DNA of 36,677 nt, from NCBI RefSeq assembly GCF_001194135.2, contig NC_068982.1:162719005-162755681 (forward strand). The letters are read 5' to 3'. How positions within the stretch are numbered: the first letter of the stretch is position 1; each line of letters opens with the position of its first letter. Both the position numbers and the translations under genes were made by a program. The notes beneath the pieces are model-generated. The model saw nothing but the letters and a program-made list of their open reading frames with translations. It had not been told where the DNA came from and searched no databases. Source of the stretch: Octopus bimaculoides (lineage: Eukaryota). This document shows, piece by piece, positions 35,831 through 36,677 of this stretch.

Positions 35831-36354
35831 AGTATGGGAGATAGAAAATGGAATTCATGAGACTCTTTATCAGAACTACAACAATCATTTCAACTCATCA
35901 TGCACTTGTATCATACAGGTGAGATGCTGTACAATTGTCATGCAGTGAAAACTTGAATATGAAATTATTACTCTTTCTCTCTTTATATATATATAAAGAC
36001 GCGCATGGTGTAGTGAATACATTTTGAAAAAAGTTTTATGCTGTAAGCTCAGTTGATGATCCTAAGTGCTGGTTGCACAAAAGGGGAAATCAATTGATAC
36101 TGAGACATCTGAACTTGTCTTTGTAGTTTTGCAAAATTAAGGGCTATTTTTATTATATTCACTACAATTAACCATGTGTATTTACTTATAGTGAGAAATA
36201 TGCGGCTTTGGAGAGTTAACTCTTCTTTCTAGCATAGCTGGTACATTTTGTACCCTAATTTTTATGCATATTTTACCTACTTTGGTTAAGCTTGCTAGCC
36301 ACTTCATTATTGTTATTATTTTTAATAATAATGATATCTATTTAAATATATATA

Positions 36355-36677
36355 CGGGCGACACATGAAATCTTTCGAGCGAGATCGTTGCCGGTGCCCC
36401 TGGACCGGCACTGGTGCGGGTGACACATGAGGTTTTTCGAGCAAGATCGTTGCCAGTGCCCCCGGACTGGCTCATGTGCGGGCGACACATGAAATCTTTC
36501 GAGCGGGATCGTTGCCAGTGCCCCTGGACTGGCTCATGTGCGGGCGACACATGAAATCTTTCGTGCGAGATCGTTGCCAGTGCCCCTCGACTGGCTCTTG
36601 TGCAGGCAACACATGAAATCTTTCGTGCGAGATCGTTGCCGGTGCCCCTGGACTGGCTCATGTGCGGGCGACACATG
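36355..36677 (+). repeat. 62-bp GC-rich minisatellite, more than 5 units, runs off the window; RTE 3' UTR-derived
   Basis: (g/a)acacatg recurs at 36360, 36422, 36484, 36546, 36608 and 36670. Its reverse complement matches 19046-19200. Confidence 0.93.

Noticed and set aside
36355-36677. CRISPR-like array
   Set aside because: Contiguous tandem units without unique spacers, eukaryotic context and no cas genes.

Overview
Eukaryotic, AT-rich, repeat-dense animal DNA. It is most likely Octopus; this is inferred from recognisable octopod SINE/RTE families and the microsatellite load, not proven here. One host gene is supported: a minus-strand BRI3 (brain protein I3) homologue rebuilt from three coding exons (15574-15472, 1637-1507, 770-639). 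All splice sites are GT-AG and the frames join into a 121-aa protein with an N-terminal PPSY motif and a C-terminal CxxC-hydrophobic-CxxC domain. Its 5' UTR exon and promoter probably lie in a CpG-retaining block at about 15.7-18.5 kb. The rest is mobile DNA: several decayed RTE-clade LINEs, RTE-tail SINE-like copies, tRNA-SINEs, a chain of RLE-type LINE 3' fragments threaded through (AAT)n tracts at 29.9-33.1 kb, two solo-LTR-like repeats, a MITE and a possible Helitron helicase relic. There are three assembly gaps. The best new observation is a minimal type I hammerhead ribozyme (8069-8111, minus strand, sense to the BRI3 pre-mRNA) inside a ~337-bp unit with terminal direct repeats (retrozyme or Penelope-like) in the long BRI3 intron. 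Most ORFs in the supplied track are spurious or are LINE fragments. All alignments and identities were judged by eye; no searches were run.
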